Positions 62,593-64,000 of a stretch of DNA of 64,000 bases are shown here, piece after piece; the stretch's first letter is position 1; each line of letters opens with the position of its first letter. This stretch comes from Macrostomum hystrix (taxonomy: Eukaryota > Animalia > Platyhelminthes): NCBI GenBank assembly GCA_950097015.1, contig CATNEN010000039.1, positions 3,472,001 to 3,536,000 of the forward strand, read 5' to 3'. A program made the position numbers and the translations under genes. The notes under the pieces were generated by a model. That model was not told where the DNA came from. It did not search any database and worked only from the letters and a program-made list of their open reading frames with translations.

Positions 62593-64000
62593 GCGATCGT
62601 ACGTTTCAGGTTTCTGTCTGTTAGACAGTACTTGCTTAACAATTTAGTTTTATTAATTTAACTGATTCGATTCAAAGTCGCAAAAACAAGTTTTCCTATA
62701 GGAAGTAATCCTATAGGATATATCCTACATACTATTGCTGTTTTCAATCAATCTTTGGTTCTGCGGCCATCTGAACTCAATTTGGTGCCCTATAAGTTTC
62801 TCTTGTCTCACCCCTTCTCTACTCTGTTTCCTCGTGTTTTACTGGTCCGTGCGTTTTTTATAACATTTTTATAGTGAAAACAATATCTGTAGTCTTTTAT
62901 CTTTATGGACAGAAGACAAGCGGCTTAAAAACTGTCTTTACCAAACTGCCTACCCTCTGCTTCACAGTTGTTCATTTTTTCTGCCCGTGTGATTGAAACT
63001 AAAAAAACGGTTCTGTAAAAAAGTGTGATTAAAAAATAAAAATGCTCAAACAAAAAATCTATTGTGTTAATCGTTTTATTTTGGGCGTTAAAATTTTTCG
63101 AATTCTGTTATATTAAATTTATTTTTTTTTTACTTGTTACTTCCCTAGCAGTTTTTAAGTAGTGCGTTGCGAATATAAGCGCTATTATTCACACGTAATC
63201 GATGAAATAGAAAATCTTCAACATTAAACTGGGCCACTATCTTTTGTCTCTGTCTTCTCAGCCTCTCACTCTAAGCTCTTCCCTCAAGTGAAAACCGGTT
63301 CGAAAGCTTTTTTTAGCTTTGTGAAAACTGCTTTAGCAACGGTGAAGCAGTTTACTATTGTATTGTATGCTTCTAGTTCAACTGCTCGAACTTTTCTCAA
63401 ATCGTTTTTTTATTTTTTACCAGAAAATTCTTGGCTTAAGGCCAAAATAATATCCAGATGATGGCCAAACTTTTAGATTTACATCTACTTGTAGTAGTAG
63501 TACTAAGCGAATTTTAGTGTCCTAAGTGTTCAATATTTGGTTGTTGACGGAAATTATTAGTCAAGGTAAAAAATAAATGTTCATTTTGGTGGCTTTACTT
63601 GAGAATATTCAAGGTTTATCGAGCACTAAAGATCTTTCGTCTGAGTTCGAGTCCACAAGGGTAAGGAATTTCATGACAAAGTTCTGAGTTTGTTCGCATG
63701 GCGCGACCACACCCCTCTTGTTGTTCTCCTGCCCCCCTCAGCTCTCTATTCTCTTTCCACTGGGTCTCATTTAGATTCTAAAGCTTGTTTTGTTTCGTTA
63801 TCATTTCCACTGGCTGCGATAGTGCTGGCGCAGCTTGGGTTTCAGGCGGCTCAACCAGCTAATTTAACAGGCCACACCCCCAACACAGCCGGGCAAACTG
63901 TTTTGCTTCACCGCTTGTGCCACATCTTTGCAGCTCGGATTCTTCAATCTAGGATTATAGAGTATTGCTCCTGCAACACGATGCGTCCCGCTGCCTCCAA

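Noticed and set aside
63800-64000. Possible exon of a further gene at the window end
   Set aside because: GC content is raised but there is no long ORF or recognisable motif within the window.

Overview
Eukaryotic (animal) genomic DNA: GC-rich exons, AT-rich or minisatellite-filled GT-AG introns, and many small mobile elements. The style (poly-Q/poly-A tracts, intronic minisatellites) suggests a free-living flatworm such as Macrostomum, but that is inference only. Six spliced genes were rebuilt by hand with frame-consistent junctions: DDX18/HAS1 helicase (minus, partial), NHE8/SLC9A8 (minus), alpha-catenin (minus), an ARHGAP32/33-type PX-SH3-RhoGAP (plus), a divergent rhodopsin-class GPCR (minus) and SPT6 (plus, 12 coding exons). 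Mobile DNA includes an intact IS630/Tc1/mariner transposon with an unusual DD30E triad, hAT- and Mutator-type MITEs with visible target-site duplications (two nested), five copies of one tRNA-derived SINE family, a CORE-SINE and a truncated RTE-type LINE. Main observations: (1) most long introns are filled by their own distinct 19-57 bp minisatellite; (2) one 24-bp satellite family recurs about 60 kb apart, each time downstream of a stop codon and in the same orientation relative to transcription; (3) splice donors are often GTYNG with strong exonic AG|G context; (4) the DD30E transposase.
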